Source: Meyerozyma guilliermondii (taxonomy: Eukaryota). From it: DNA of 64,000 nucleotides. Positions within the stretch are counted from its first letter, which is position 1; each line of letters begins with the position of its first letter. Positions 22,137 to 32,231 of the stretch are shown piece after piece. Below the pieces are notes generated by a model, which saw only the letters and a program-made list of their open reading frames with translations, was not told where the DNA came from and did no database searches. The DNA lies in assembly GCA_051546255.1 (NCBI GenBank), contig CP128818.1, positions 558,001 to 622,000 of the forward strand, read 5' to 3'. A program made the position numbers and the translations under genes.

Positions 22137-23327
22137 TTACCGCGCCTTGCCCTCCGCAGCCTTGACGTAGATGATGTCTCCGTCCTCAACAATATAATCT
22201 TTACCCTTAGACATAAGCTTACCGGCGGCTTTGACACTGGCTTCATCTCCATATTCGATCAAATCGTCATACTTCATCACCTGTGCCAAAATAAATGTTC
22301 TCTCCAAGTCACCGTGGATCGTACCGGCAGCCTGAGGAGCAGTATAGAATCTTCTGATGGTCCATTCTCTCACTTCATCGGGACCACAAGTGAAGAATGA
22401 GATCAAGTCAAGTTTTTGTCTCATGGTGGTAATAATCTTTGGTAATGCAGATTGAGCACCCAATTCCTTGCAATAAGCATCACGCTCGGCGTCGGACTCC
22501 ATACCTGCCAATTTCTCCTCCATCGAAACCGAAACGGGAATAATGGCATCGCCTGGAGAGTGAGCATCGACCCATTCTTTAATCTTTAACAAATGCTTAT
22601 TCTTCTTTCTGACATAGTCCTTCTCGCTCAAGTTGATCAAGTAGATCACTGGCTTGGCTGTCAACAAGAACATGGTGTTGATGACTTCGACTTCCTTGGA
22701 AGTCCACTTTTCATTGGCAACTCTGCCACCATTTTCCAAAAGCTCAATGATTCTCTTGACCAACTCGGCCTCCTCCTTCTTCTGCTTGACCTCCAACGAT
22801 TGTCCACCTCTCTTGGTGATCTTGTCAATACCTTCCAAATGCTTCTTGGCAAATTCAATGTCTTTCAATCTCAATTCATCGTGGACAATTTCCAAGTCAT
22901 TGAATGGGTTGACTTCGTCATTGATATGAATGATGTCTGCATCGTCGAAACTTCTCACCATTTGGAAAATAGCATCGACAGCTCTAATATTGGCCAAGAA
23001 ATTGTTACCCAATCCTTCACCAGAGTGAGCACCTTTAGTCAATCCAGCAATATCATATACGGTCATGTAGGCACGGACCTCACTTTTGGGCTTGTACATG
23101 TCACACAACTTCTCGAAACGTGAAGATGGAACAATCACACGGGCTTCTTCTGGCTCGATAGTAGCAAATGGGTAGTTTGCAGGATTACCCAATGGACATC
23201 TGGTGATGGCCTGGAAGAATGTAGACTTTCCCACATTTGCCAATCCAACAATTCCAGACTTCAAGTTGTTTCCTGGTCTTCCCAACAAAATGGGCTTTTC
23301 GATAACTCCCTTCTTTTTTGGTGGCAT
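22137..23327 (-). CDS. OLA1: Obg-like ATPase YchF/Ola1 (cytosolic)
   Basis: GIVGLANVGKST, NPANYPFATIEP, DIAGL, TGS domain FFTCGPDEVREWTI. Confidence 0.96.
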   Translation of the reverse strand: MPPKKKGVIEKPILLGRPGNNLKSGIVGLANVGKSTFFQAITRCPLGNPANYPFATIEPEEARVIVPSSRFEKLCDMYKPKSEVRAYMTVYDIAGLTKGAHSGEGLGNNFLANIRAVDAIFQMVRSFDDADIIHINDEVNPFNDLEIVHDELRLKDIEFAKKHLEGIDKITKRGGQSLEVKQKKEEAELVKRIIELLENGGRVANEKWTSKEVEVINTMFLLTAKPVIYLINLSEKDYVRKKNKHLLKIKEWVDAHSPGDAIIPVSVSMEEKLAGMESDAERDAYCKELGAQSALPKIITTMRQKLDLISFFTCGPDEVREWTIRRFYTAPQAAGTIHGDLERTFILAQVMKYDDLIEYGDEASVKAAGKLMSKGKDYIVEDGDIIYVKAAEGKAR

Positions 23328-23437
23328 ATTTTATATAGGGTTTACGCTGAGATTCAAATTTTTTCAAATCCCGACATGAAGTAGCATGCAGTATGCGACA
23401 TTGAAATTTCTCACATTCAATTTTTGGACTATTCAGC

Positions 23438-23731
23438 ATGTTGAGGTTAGCTGTCCGGACCCATGTAGCGAGATTGCACTCGTCTGCCTTGGCTATGCAA
23501 TCCTCGTGTAAAGCTGGAACGGTTTTGAATTTAAAAGTGAAAAAAAGTGGTGATGAACCAGTAGCTCTTGAAGATAGCGAATACCCTGATTGGTTATGGG
23601 ACTGCTTGAATAAGGAAAAGATGAATGAGACGTTGAAGCAGGAAGATTTCATGAAGTGGAGGAGAAAGCAAATCAACAAGAGTAACACCGCCAAGATAAA
23701 AAACAACAATTTCATGTCAACCATCAATTAA
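23438..23731 (+). CDS. MRPL37: Mitochondrial ribosomal protein mL54
   Basis: SSCKAGTVLNL...PVALEDSEYPDWLW...IKNNNF. Confidence 0.9.
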   Translation: MLRLAVRTHVARLHSSALAMQSSCKAGTVLNLKVKKSGDEPVALEDSEYPDWLWDCLNKEKMNETLKQEDFMKWRRKQINKSNTAKIKNNNFMSTIN

Positions 23732-23785
23732 TGTACATAGGAAAAAAGAGAAGAACTTTCAATCTAATGTAGTATTTGAGGTATT

Positions 23786-25090
23786 CTAGCTAATAACCTG
23801 GATGTCTTGGTCGTCACTATACTTGACCTGGGCAATAGAAATAGTCTTGTCGTCGAGATTGAACACAGAGTAAGCTGAACGCAAGAAATTGTCACCCAAA
23901 ATAAGCATGCTTCCTGGCACAAGTCCAAGCATACACTGTTGGCCACCAGTGCCGGAATTTCCCAGGGAGATGATCAAGTCGGTCATAGGAACAACGATAT
24001 CTTTTTCACCGTCAAAAGTAAAAGTCACCGAGTTCAGCGGCAGTGCCAAGGTACAATTGACAATGTATCCACCTGCTGCTGTGTTGTAAGCGGCTTCATG
24101 GTCAATTGCCTCTACTACCAGCTTCATGATATCGTCAGGAAGAAGGGATAAAGTAGTACCAGAGTCAAGTAAAGCTGGTGCACTGTTGGTGTTGATGGAC
24201 TGGTTATCTCCAGATCTCTTGTTGAAAAGACTGGAAAATTTTGAATCTTTTGCATCGAATGCCTTGCTGGAAGAAGATTCCTTTTGAACAGAAATTTGAG
24301 TCAATGGAATCTGCAAATATGGGTACTTACCATCTTGCAGAGAAATATCAATTTCCTTAAGGTCTCCACTATATTTTGCATGGTCAACACCTCCGAACAA
24401 GATGTTTCCTTTGTTTGATTCCATGCTGCCCAAGTACAACGAATAGGCAACTTTATTGATGAGTCCTTGTTGCTTCATCAAGGCAGGAACATTGATATAC
24501 TTTTCCAGTCCACTTTCAAGTTCGATAAAGCCAATTCCAAACACTCCCACGTTCGAGTCGGAATCTTCAGCAACTGCAAAACTGGCATCTTTAAGCTTCA
24601 ACGAGTCCGTCAAGGCAATTTGATCGGTACCCCACGTACCATTGGCGTAGGTTTTGTCAAGGTATTGGATATAGAAGTTGGTGTGGTTGTTCTTGAACGT
24701 GGTAGAAGCCGTTTCGTTGTAAGTACCATACTGCTCGCAGTCGATACTTCCGCCATTATCCTTACATTGTGGGTTTCTAGAAGACATCACCCAAAGATCA
24801 GAAGAGCCTGTATCGAGGAGAACCTCCACCTCGGAAGCTGGGTTTCCAATGCTAAGTTTGGAAACGTAAAATGTACGTTCGTTTATCAATGGTGCGCTGC
24901 CGCTATTGTCTCTGGCTGAAAGATTTTCCGGCAACAAGCTTGTAATGAAATCATTGAGTGAAGTGGAGAGTCCAAGATCTTTGAGGATGTCGAACTCCAT
25001 CTTGACGAACCCATCGGAAGACCCAAATCCTGGAAGACTGGCAAATGCCGAGGCAGCAAATGCCAATGTAAATGAGCGACTAAAGAGCAT
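23786..25090 (-). CDS. Secreted aspartic protease (SAP/yapsin family), no GPI tail
   Basis: Signal peptide, LLDTGSSDLWV and LLDSGTT catalytic motifs, ILFGGVDHAKYSG, ILGDNFLRSAY. Confidence 0.95.
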   Translation of the reverse strand: MLFSRSFTLAFAASAFASLPGFGSSDGFVKMEFDILKDLGLSTSLNDFITSLLPENLSARDNSGSAPLINERTFYVSKLSIGNPASEVEVLLDTGSSDLWVMSSRNPQCKDNGGSIDCEQYGTYNETASTTFKNNHTNFYIQYLDKTYANGTWGTDQIALTDSLKLKDASFAVAEDSDSNVGVFGIGFIELESGLEKYINVPALMKQQGLINKVAYSLYLGSMESNKGNILFGGVDHAKYSGDLKEIDISLQDGKYPYLQIPLTQISVQKESSSSKAFDAKDSKFSSLFNKRSGDNQSINTNSAPALLDSGTTLSLLPDDIMKLVVEAIDHEAAYNTAAGGYIVNCTLALPLNSVTFTFDGEKDIVVPMTDLIISLGNSGTGGQQCMLGLVPGSMLILGDNFLRSAYSVFNLDDKTISIAQVKYSDDQDIQVIS

Positions 25091-25402
25091 TTTTGAAAAG
25101 GAAAGTGTAGTGAAATTGAGAAAAACTCACTGTTTATAGTTCACACCCTATGCCCCTCGGCCAGCTCGAGAGCCCTGTACCAGGCACGGTATCCAATGTC
25201 GCACAGCATTCCATTGTTTTTAGGGTATTTGTGCGGGATCATAACGGAAGTCGCGATGGAACAATATCGTAACCATAATGGCCAAGACCAGCACTCTAAT
25301 GGAACAAGCACTAGCCAGCGACAGCTTCGAGATCAACTCTCAAAAATAAGCCAGCAATTTTTATTGTAGTACACAATAGGATCATGCGGCTCAAGACAAT
25401 CA

Positions 25403-27760
25403 CTACCACGGATTGGCCTCGAGGTCGTCATCTCCCCAGTTTTTGTGGAGTAACGAAGATGGTAACTGTACACTTTTGAAGAGCTCGTCGCCCTTGAACT
25501 CTTGATGGGTTTTGGTTTCATTTGAGTCACTTTCGTCATTTTCCTCCTCTTCGTAGTCGTAGGTATCGTTCATCGTTGACTTGTTCTTCGTCAAAATGTC
25601 GTCTATATCGTCGGCAACCTCCATAGGAAGCGATGGCTGGTACTTTCTCGCTCTCATCGTCTTGATACCGCCTAATCCGGGCCCATAAGTCGATATGAGC
25701 TCTTCCAAATTGGGCAACGCAACCGCAAAGACATAGTTGGGATTGAGTGAAACGTAGAGCTCTTTCAGAAGAAAGTTGGACTGTGTCATGTAGTGCAAAT
25801 GGCTGCGAGAAATCTGGTTTTCTCCCTGTTCATTCTGCAAAGCTTTGAGAATGTTATTCAATTCTTTGGGAAATTTTGTCTCGTCAACTTCATACTTGTA
25901 GATTTTTACAACTTTGACAAGCTGGTAGTAGTTGAGTGCATCAAACTGGTTGATTGTGGTGATTAGACTGTCTTCATCATCGAGCGACGACATGCATTGG
26001 AGCCACTGGAGAAGTTCAACTGTGGGGAGTAATTGACGACGACACACAGCAAAGAGAGAATCGTAGTAAAAGTTAAGAGTATGAGGATCGTTCCCATTAC
26101 CATCTTTGTCCCAGCTCAACAAGTTGGAAACTTCTACGTTCAACCCAGGATTCATGGTGCTGGGAACTTTGAAGTTATGAGACCGCAACCAGTCTTCCAC
26201 AGCCAGGACATTGAGTCGAATTTGGATGGCTTTCGCTCTGGAGCAAAGTTTCGATTGGGTGATGATTCGGTTGAAAATAGTGGCATTTAGGGTGTAAAAC
26301 ACTTGCGACATGGTTTGCATCCGCACGAGTGAATGAATATCGTGCAAGTTGAGCACATAGTCAAGAGCGCCCAAAACCTGGATGTATCGAATGGGCAGCG
26401 GTTTCATCAATTCGGACTGAGAAGGTGGGTAAAGCATATCGAGCACATCGTCGTAGTTGTTAGGGTGTGTTTTTTTCTTTTTGAACAAGTTCCAGTCCTT
26501 GGCATAAGTCACGTTTGAAACGTCCACCAAGCTGGTGAACCTAAGCATGCAATCATCCACTAGTGTTTCAAGACGAGCGTTGATGGAGAACGAAAGAGTA
26601 GCAATGAGCAGTTGTGTCACGTTCACGAGCTCCTGGAGAAACTGTGGGTAATCTTTATAGAGCGAGTTCTTGCTGAGGTAAAAATGAAGAAAATGAACAA
26701 CCAGTAGCCAGTAACTTACGAGCACAATATCCCCACGTCCAGCACTGCCGTTGTCGTCGCCCAAAACTCCCAGTGTGGTGTGGGTAACCAGTCTTAATCT
26801 TGTCAAAAAACAGTCGAAAAAAAATGTGGTTAGTTCATTGGAATGCACCTTCAAGTGTGAGTATCTGATGAGTTGGAATACCACGGCGGCGGGAATCCGG
26901 GTATTGTGTTGCGTAGCATTCTTCGTGTGAAGTGAGAAAATGTAATCGAGTAGCAGAGGAATATCGGAGTCGGTAAACTTGATGAACTCCGATGGCACCA
27001 ACCGATCGTACTCAAAATCCTTGACATTGATAAGATGAGGGTCCGATTCCGAGTTGACCGAGTCACGGTCGGAAGCATAGTTGTCGTCGAGGCTTTGTTG
27101 ATGGTCCTGGAGAGTCATTCCAGTCATTTGAAGACGCAACTTGTCGTCCAAATCATCATAACCACTCTGGTTAAACAGCGATCCAATTACATCCTGTTCT
27201 ACCTCCTTCTGCGACAACACAGTAGTGATATTGTGTGACCTGAAAAAAGCATACATTTGTTCCCTTTCTGGGTTCAAAAGTGTCACTGCTGTGGTGCCAT
27301 CTCCGCGAGGATCAACGTACGGATCCGCCTGATAATTCAACAATAAGCGGGCCATTTCCACAAGATCCAAGTGGACTGCCCACATAAACGGGGTGAACCC
27401 CAGCCCCGAAAGTGTATCACATATATCGGGATCGGCCCGATGGTCGAATAAGAGTGCTTCGGCGATGGTATGTTGATCGTAGCAAACGGCATAAATTAGT
27501 GGTGTGACTCCATCTTCCAGCGGATACGGTTCGTTCACAAGGTGAGGACTGGCGCGAAGAACGCTTTCCAAGGTAACTATGTCTCCATCACAAGCCGCCA
27601 ATAGTAATTTTTCATGGTGATTTCCGTTGTCATCAACGTGATTTTCGAGCGACAATTGAAGCTGCTTTTTGTGGTTTGTAACCTCCGAAAAATGCTGAGA
27701 CGCTATTCCGGGCACGCCAAACCCATATGAGGTGTCCACGGCCGTAGTTCCCCAGTCCAT
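25403..27760 (-). CDS. Ankyrin + DIL (dilute) domain protein, YPR089W-like
   Basis: Ankyrin repeats (GVTPLIYAV, GFTPFMWAV); DIL-like FNRII...RAKAIQIRLNV.AVEDW. Confidence 0.85.
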   Translation of the reverse strand: MDWGTTAVDTSYGFGVPGIASQHFSEVTNHKKQLQLSLENHVDDNGNHHEKLLLAACDGDIVTLESVLRASPHLVNEPYPLEDGVTPLIYAVCYDQHTIAEALLFDHRADPDICDTLSGLGFTPFMWAVHLDLVEMARLLLNYQADPYVDPRGDGTTAVTLLNPEREQMYAFFRSHNITTVLSQKEVEQDVIGSLFNQSGYDDLDDKLRLQMTGMTLQDHQQSLDDNYASDRDSVNSESDPHLINVKDFEYDRLVPSEFIKFTDSDIPLLLDYIFSLHTKNATQHNTRIPAAVVFQLIRYSHLKVHSNELTTFFFDCFLTRLRLVTHTTLGVLGDDNGSAGRGDIVLVSYWLLVVHFLHFYLSKNSLYKDYPQFLQELVNVTQLLIATLSFSINARLETLVDDCMLRFTSLVDVSNVTYAKDWNLFKKKKTHPNNYDDVLDMLYPPSQSELMKPLPIRYIQVLGALDYVLNLHDIHSLVRMQTMSQVFYTLNATIFNRIITQSKLCSRAKAIQIRLNVLAVEDWLRSHNFKVPSTMNPGLNVEVSNLLSWDKDGNGNDPHTLNFYYDSLFAVCRRQLLPTVELLQWLQCMSSLDDEDSLITTINQFDALNYYQLVKVVKIYKYEVDETKFPKELNNILKALQNEQGENQISRSHLHYMTQSNFLLKELYVSLNPNYVFAVALPNLEELISTYGPGLGGIKTMRARKYQPSLPMEVADDIDDILTKNKSTMNDTYDYEEEENDESDSNETKTHQEFKGDELFKSVQLPSSLLHKNWGDDDLEANPW

Positions 27761-28084
27761 GGTGCAATTAAAAGGGGGCAAGATATAAAATGAAGAGACA
27801 ACTCGGGGAGCACTTTGCGCCATCTGCAGGAGCGAAGCGCTCGATGAGGAAGCTGCACCAAATTAAAGAGTGGCCGAGGAAAATCGGTGAAAATTGAGAA
27901 AAGTACTAAGGAGCCTTACATCTCTGACATACCCAGGTTTCAGTGCTTTTTCTTTTCTCAATGGCATTTTGATTCTACTCTATTTTGCTATCTTTCACAC
28001 CCAGACACCAGTTCCATTAGATGTCTCGCGCCAAAAATCAACACTCTTCTTTACATCTACATACCACCATTAACGACAAAGCCG

Positions 28085-28957
28085 ATGTTACGTGTTCAGT
28101 TACGGCTAGTTGCCGTGGCTGTGATGGTGGCCATCATAGTAGTCATATATTACCTCGATTCCATAGCAGATAAATCCAATCTCCAACTGCAACATCATTT
28201 TCTTGATGCTTTAACCCATTTTCCGCATCTTACCGGGTTCTCAGATAATAACCATCAACAGTACATGCTAGAAAAGGCCAAAAAGCTTGGAAAGGATCAA
28301 GAAATTTCCGAAGCTGTCGCGCAGGACGAGGCACTGGATCCATGTACTATCATCAACCCCCACTCTCATGGGTTTATAGATTTGAGGGGGCTTTCTTCAT
28401 TGGGCAATGAGGGCCGGGCGTTGCCATGGACCACCAAGGGCTATGATTATGGCCGTAATTTCACGTTGGGAATATGTTCCACTCCATTCAAGAAGTCTCA
28501 TAATGGGCCGCGAGAAATGCAAGATGGTGTCAATTCGACATTGGTAGGCGGTTACTACATGGATACAAAGTCGGGAAAGTACGTGTCGCTCGGCGAGTTC
28601 TCCACTACACCCGTAGTAAGAGGACGAAAACTTACGCTAAAATATTACAATGGATCATATTGCGAAAACTTGGTGGATCGTAGCACCGGGTTACCGGCAC
28701 GTCGTTCCACCATGATTACATTCACTTGCGACCGAGATATGCTTGCCAAGGCCAGCATTTCCTACGTGGGTTCTTTCGACGACTGCAACTACATGTTTGA
28801 GGTTCGGTCGCACCATGCATGTCCTACTGCTGCCAAGGCTAATAACCTCGCGGCAGTGTGGATCTTTTTGCTCATTTTCGTGGCAGCACTTCTTGTGTAC
28901 TTTTCAGGAGACTTTCTCTACCGAAATATCCGGGCACAAAAGATGCAAAAGGTGTAG
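28085..28957 (+). CDS. MRL1: Mannose-6-phosphate receptor-like membrane protein
   Basis: MRH domain (PCTIINP..GFIDL, NFTLGIC, FTCDRDM, CNYMFEVRSHHACP) followed by a TM helix. Confidence 0.85.
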   Translation: MLRVQLRLVAVAVMVAIIVVIYYLDSIADKSNLQLQHHFLDALTHFPHLTGFSDNNHQQYMLEKAKKLGKDQEISEAVAQDEALDPCTIINPHSHGFIDLRGLSSLGNEGRALPWTTKGYDYGRNFTLGICSTPFKKSHNGPREMQDGVNSTLVGGYYMDTKSGKYVSLGEFSTTPVVRGRKLTLKYYNGSYCENLVDRSTGLPARRSTMITFTCDRDMLAKASISYVGSFDDCNYMFEVRSHHACPTAAKANNLAAVWIFLLIFVAALLVYFSGDFLYRNIRAQKMQKV

Positions 28958-28994
28958 TATTTATATATAGGGCTTATTGCTTCATATCTTATAA

Positions 28995-29038
28995 TGTACC
29001 GGTGTACCGGTGTCTTTGGTGCCGGGTAACCTCATCGC
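28995..29038 (+). promoter_or_regulatory. Putative snoRNA promoter: tandem Rap1-like TGTACCGG repeats, Reb1-type CCGGGTAA, PAC CTCATCGC
   Basis: Motifs at 28995-29013, 29022-29029 and 29031-29038, between two convergent protein genes. Confidence 0.6.
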
Positions 29039-29077
29039 CCATTTTAAAAGTCAAAAATATCAACTATTTCTTTGTGC

Positions 29078-29243
29078 GGCAGCCAGAACTATTACCGTGT
29101 TGCTTGTCATTTTCAGATATCCCAACGAGTTGGCGAGCGTCAAGTTCTTGGCGAGAACGATATCCATCAGGAGAACGGCCATCTTAATGCCCTGTCATTA
29201 GATTGAATCCACAATCTAGTGCGGGCTGGAAGGTCAAACATTT
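29078..29243 (+). ncRNA. SNR35: Box H/ACA snoRNA, snR35-like (guide for 18S Psi1191); 5' end approximate
   Basis: Lower stem GCCAGAAC/GUUCUUGGC, upper stem GCUUGUCA/UGGCGAGC; pocket CCGUGUU (29095-29101) + GUCAA (29139-29143) complements 18S UUGAC-U-C-AACACGG; H-like AGAACG 15 nt downstream; second hairpin 29177-29235 then ACA at 29238-29240. Confidence 0.8.
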
Positions 29244-29606
29244 GTAGAGTACTGAAATAGAATTAGAAGTAACCAGACAAGGATCTCAGGGTTCACTGTT
29301 GAAAGTAAAACCTGTTAGGAATGTCGACAGCAACGGATAAAGCACTGGTGCTCATGGTACTTCAGTTTCTTGTCTGTAGCTGTTTGAGGTTCTAGTGATC
29401 TTCAATTGTTCAGCATTTTTAGCATTTCAGGCTTTGTTCTCTAATTTGGAACATCAAACTGGCTGGTTCCAGTTCCTAAAGTGGACCAATTTCATTCAGT
29501 TTAAGTGGAGACTCCAGTTCCGAACGACGATTTCCAATCATAAATTGAGACAACCCTTTCTTCAAATGCTCAATTTCTTCTTTTTTCTTCTCTTTTCTCT
29601 CTTTTC

Positions 29607-30467
29607 TCATATCCACTGTCCCCTCGCTACCGAGAGCGAAAAGTTGAAAAACAACCCGCCTGCCACTGCCATTTTCTGGCGACTATTCAACACACTATCA
29701 TCCACCACAAGCAACACCACACTGAGAGCGCCAAGAAACATGCCCAAAAGAAGACCGAGAACCACATCTTCGTGGCCGCCACGGTCGTCCAAATCTGGAG
29801 CGGGCACATCGTCTTCTCGAGCATCAGTGGTGTCGGTGGAGGCCGGAGGTCGTTCGCCCAAACCCAGTCCCACTTGAGGAACGGTAGATTCTATCCACCG
29901 CTCTTCTAGCATTCGTGCCCTTCTGCTACGCTGTTCCTCTTCCTCCAAATCACTGATGGGTCCACTTTGGTGGGGATCGTCGCCGTCATAAATCATCAGA
30001 AACTGGCGCCGTAAATCGGCTATATCGTCAGCACTGAAACCCTGTTGAAGCAACCGGTCAAACCCGATCACCTCTGGCGCTGTAGACCGTTCCTGCGGTC
30101 TATCCAACTCGTTTTCTTGCGCTAATTGTTCTCTGGTGAGAATATCGCCAACAACACAATGAACAAATATGGGTAAAGGGTCGTCGTTTTCGATGTTAGG
30201 AGAAGTTTCTCGTCTGATCCGTGGCAAAAACACATCGCGCCGGAAATCTGTGGCTTCGTTGAGCACGCGTCCATCTACAATGAGTCTCAATCTTCGATTA
30301 GCAATGGTTGGAACTTGGTCTCGAATGGTGTTGCGTAACCAAGATACCGTTACAAGTCGATTCACATTTTCAGTTTCTGGATTGATCAGAAGGGGCACCA
30401 CAAGATCTCGAATCGGGGCCTGGCGGCTGTCGGAGTTGCTGAAACGCACCACTATACTGAACTTCAT
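29607..30467 (-). CDS. DSC3: DSC E3 ligase complex subunit 3 (YOR223W-like)
   Basis: UBL-like RRLRLIVDGRVL, FVHCVVGD, GFDRLLQQGFS...LRRQF, LEERWI, two C-terminal TM segments. Confidence 0.88.
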   Translation of the reverse strand: MKFSIVVRFSNSDSRQAPIRDLVVPLLINPETENVNRLVTVSWLRNTIRDQVPTIANRRLRLIVDGRVLNEATDFRRDVFLPRIRRETSPNIENDDPLPIFVHCVVGDILTREQLAQENELDRPQERSTAPEVIGFDRLLQQGFSADDIADLRRQFLMIYDGDDPHQSGPISDLEEEEQRSRRARMLEERWIESTVPQVGLGLGERPPASTDTTDAREDDVPAPDLDDRGGHEDVVLGLLLGMFLGALSVVLLVVDDSVLNSRQKMAVAGGLFFNFSLSVARGQWI

Positions 30468-30610
30468 GATGAGGAGGCACCAAGATCGCACTTTCAGTAT
30501 TTGGTGTGCATGTATTATCGCACTGTCTGTACTGCATGTTGCTATCGCGCTCTGGCTCGCGTACTGCATCTATCTATAGCTGCTATCTCCAATCATTTGC
30601 CTTCCTCATC

Positions 30611-31282
30611 ATGCCCAACATCTCCGAGCAAGTAAACCAGGTCGAACAAGCTTTAGAAACGAAAGCTGGCGGTGCCGCCGGAATCCTGGACGACCCAACT
30701 CAAGACTCAAGCCTTAGATACGCAGCATACGCTAATAGGTTTCGGACAATTCTTCTTGCCTCTCATCGGTATGTTGCCTATACTTCTGATATTGGTGAGT
30801 CTTTTCGTCCTGTTGCCCACCCATACCTTGTGAAGCTTGGTTATGGAGTGTCGTGGCTTTATATCATTGGGGATGTGCTGTATCTGTCATGGAAGGCAAA
30901 GATGAAAGCAGAAGGTCGGTACACCGCTGACTTGAAACCATGGAATTTTCCATACCCTCCAGCAAATCCTGTGGCAGCCCAGATCTACCGAGATGGTGCC
31001 AGCGATAAGCTTGTAGACACCGACTGGCGGTTGGTGGGACTCAAACGAGGCATTTTCCAGTCCATTGCATCGATGGGACTTCCCGCTTTCACGATCCATT
31101 CTGCTGTGCGGTACTCGTCGCTTATGTTTAAGAACACTAAAATCAAACAATTGCGTACGTATGGACCCGTGGGCGTGGGGTTGGGTATAGTTCCGCTTTT
31201 GCCATATGTATTTGACGAGCCGGTGGAAATGGTGGTCGATTGGGTTTTCGACAAGGGCGAGGAGATGTTTAGAGAGAAATAG
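30611..31282 (+). CDS. Mitochondrial fission process protein 1 (MTP18/MTFP1) homolog
   Basis: RYVAYTSDIGESFRPV, YGVSWLYIIGDV, FQSIASMGLPAFTIH, PYVFDEPVE. Confidence 0.9.
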   Translation: MPNISEQVNQVEQALETKAGGAAGILDDPTQDSSLRYAAYANRFRTILLASHRYVAYTSDIGESFRPVAHPYLVKLGYGVSWLYIIGDVLYLSWKAKMKAEGRYTADLKPWNFPYPPANPVAAQIYRDGASDKLVDTDWRLVGLKRGIFQSIASMGLPAFTIHSAVRYSSLMFKNTKIKQLRTYGPVGVGLGIVPLLPYVFDEPVEMVVDWVFDKGEEMFREK

Positions 31283-31436
31283 AGAGGTGGAGGATTTGAG
31301 CCATACACTCGTATTCTTAGTCTACGAACAATCATATTGTCTTATATTTTATCTTACCTTTGGATGTTTCATATTCAGTATATATTTATATGAGGTAATA
31401 TCAATTTTCAGTAAAGATAATATGAATAGAAATGTT

Positions 31437-31500
31437 GTCCGTCTTGTCTCGTCTCTCGTACCTTGTCTCTCGTGTCGTCTCTCATCTCGTCTCGTCTCTC
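31437..31500. repeat. Degenerate (GTCTC/TCTCG)n low-complexity tract downstream of BNA1
   Basis: gtcttgtctcgtctctcgta...ctcgtctcgtctctc. Confidence 0.7.
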
Positions 31501-31522
31501 CTATATACATTGATCCGGAATC

Positions 31523-32032
31523 CTAATTTGGCCGCGAGTAGTTATAAGTTCCACACTTGCATGTTCGTGCCTCATCGTCTCCATCAAATGCCAAAATCGC
31601 ATCTTTCACTTGGGTACCCAAATCATAACAGTAAAACTCCACCTGATGAACAATCTCTCTACAGTTCAGACAGTACCACCGGATCTTATCATTGACACCT
31701 TTAGGACGATCTTGTTCTACTACAAGACCAATTGTATCAGCGTATCTTACCGGATTATGAGGCACATTTCCGGGCAACAAAAACGAATCTCCTTCCCGAA
31801 TGGTAATGTCACGGAATTTGCCGTCATCCACAACTTTTAAAGTCATATCTCCTTTGATTTGGTGAAAATATTCCGGGGTTTGGTTGACATGATAATCGGT
31901 TCTTTCGTTGGGACCGCCCACAATCATCACTGTAGCACCTCCCCGGTGAAGACAGTAGTTGTTTACGGGAGGCTGGAGCAAATCCTTGTTTTCGGAGATC
32001 CAAGACTGGAGATTTATTGGTTCTGCAAGCAT
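31523..32032 (-). CDS. BNA1: 3-hydroxyanthranilate 3,4-dioxygenase
   Basis: [23 protein letters not shown], Cys pairs of the rubredoxin-like site. Confidence 0.97.
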   Translation of the reverse strand: MLAEPINLQSWISENKDLLQPPVNNYCLHRGGATVMIVGGPNERTDYHVNQTPEYFHQIKGDMTLKVVDDGKFRDITIREGDSFLLPGNVPHNPVRYADTIGLVVEQDRPKGVNDKIRWYCLNCREIVHQVEFYCYDLGTQVKDAILAFDGDDEARTCKCGTYNYSRPN

Positions 32033-32078
32033 TGAAATTGTAGAGGTCTGTCATTTGAAATCTGGTGATGACAAAATA

Positions 32079-32087
32079 GTCACGTGA
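32079..32087. promoter_or_regulatory. Cbf1-type site GTCACGTGA upstream of BNA1
   Basis: Exact motif about 50 nt upstream of the ATG. Confidence 0.5.
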
Positions 32088-32231
32088 TACGATGTTTCCG
32101 GTTTGGAAGATATGACAATTGCGTTGCTACCGGAGTGAGCTATGAGCTATCCAGGAATAAATGATCGACTTGAAATAATCCAATTGAAGTGAACCATCAA
32201 GTTTAACCAACCAGTTAGCGTAAAAAATAAG

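Noticed and set aside
28995..29013. TGTACCGG tandem as a telomerase RNA template or telomere remnant
   Set aside because: It differs from the recalled ACTGGTGT repeat at one position per unit, has no other telomerase RNA elements I could identify, and fits better as a Rap1-like promoter site
29460..29490. snR30/U17 m1-m2 motifs
   Set aside because: GTTCCTA and GGACCAA deviate from the invariant AUAUUCCUA and AAACCAU
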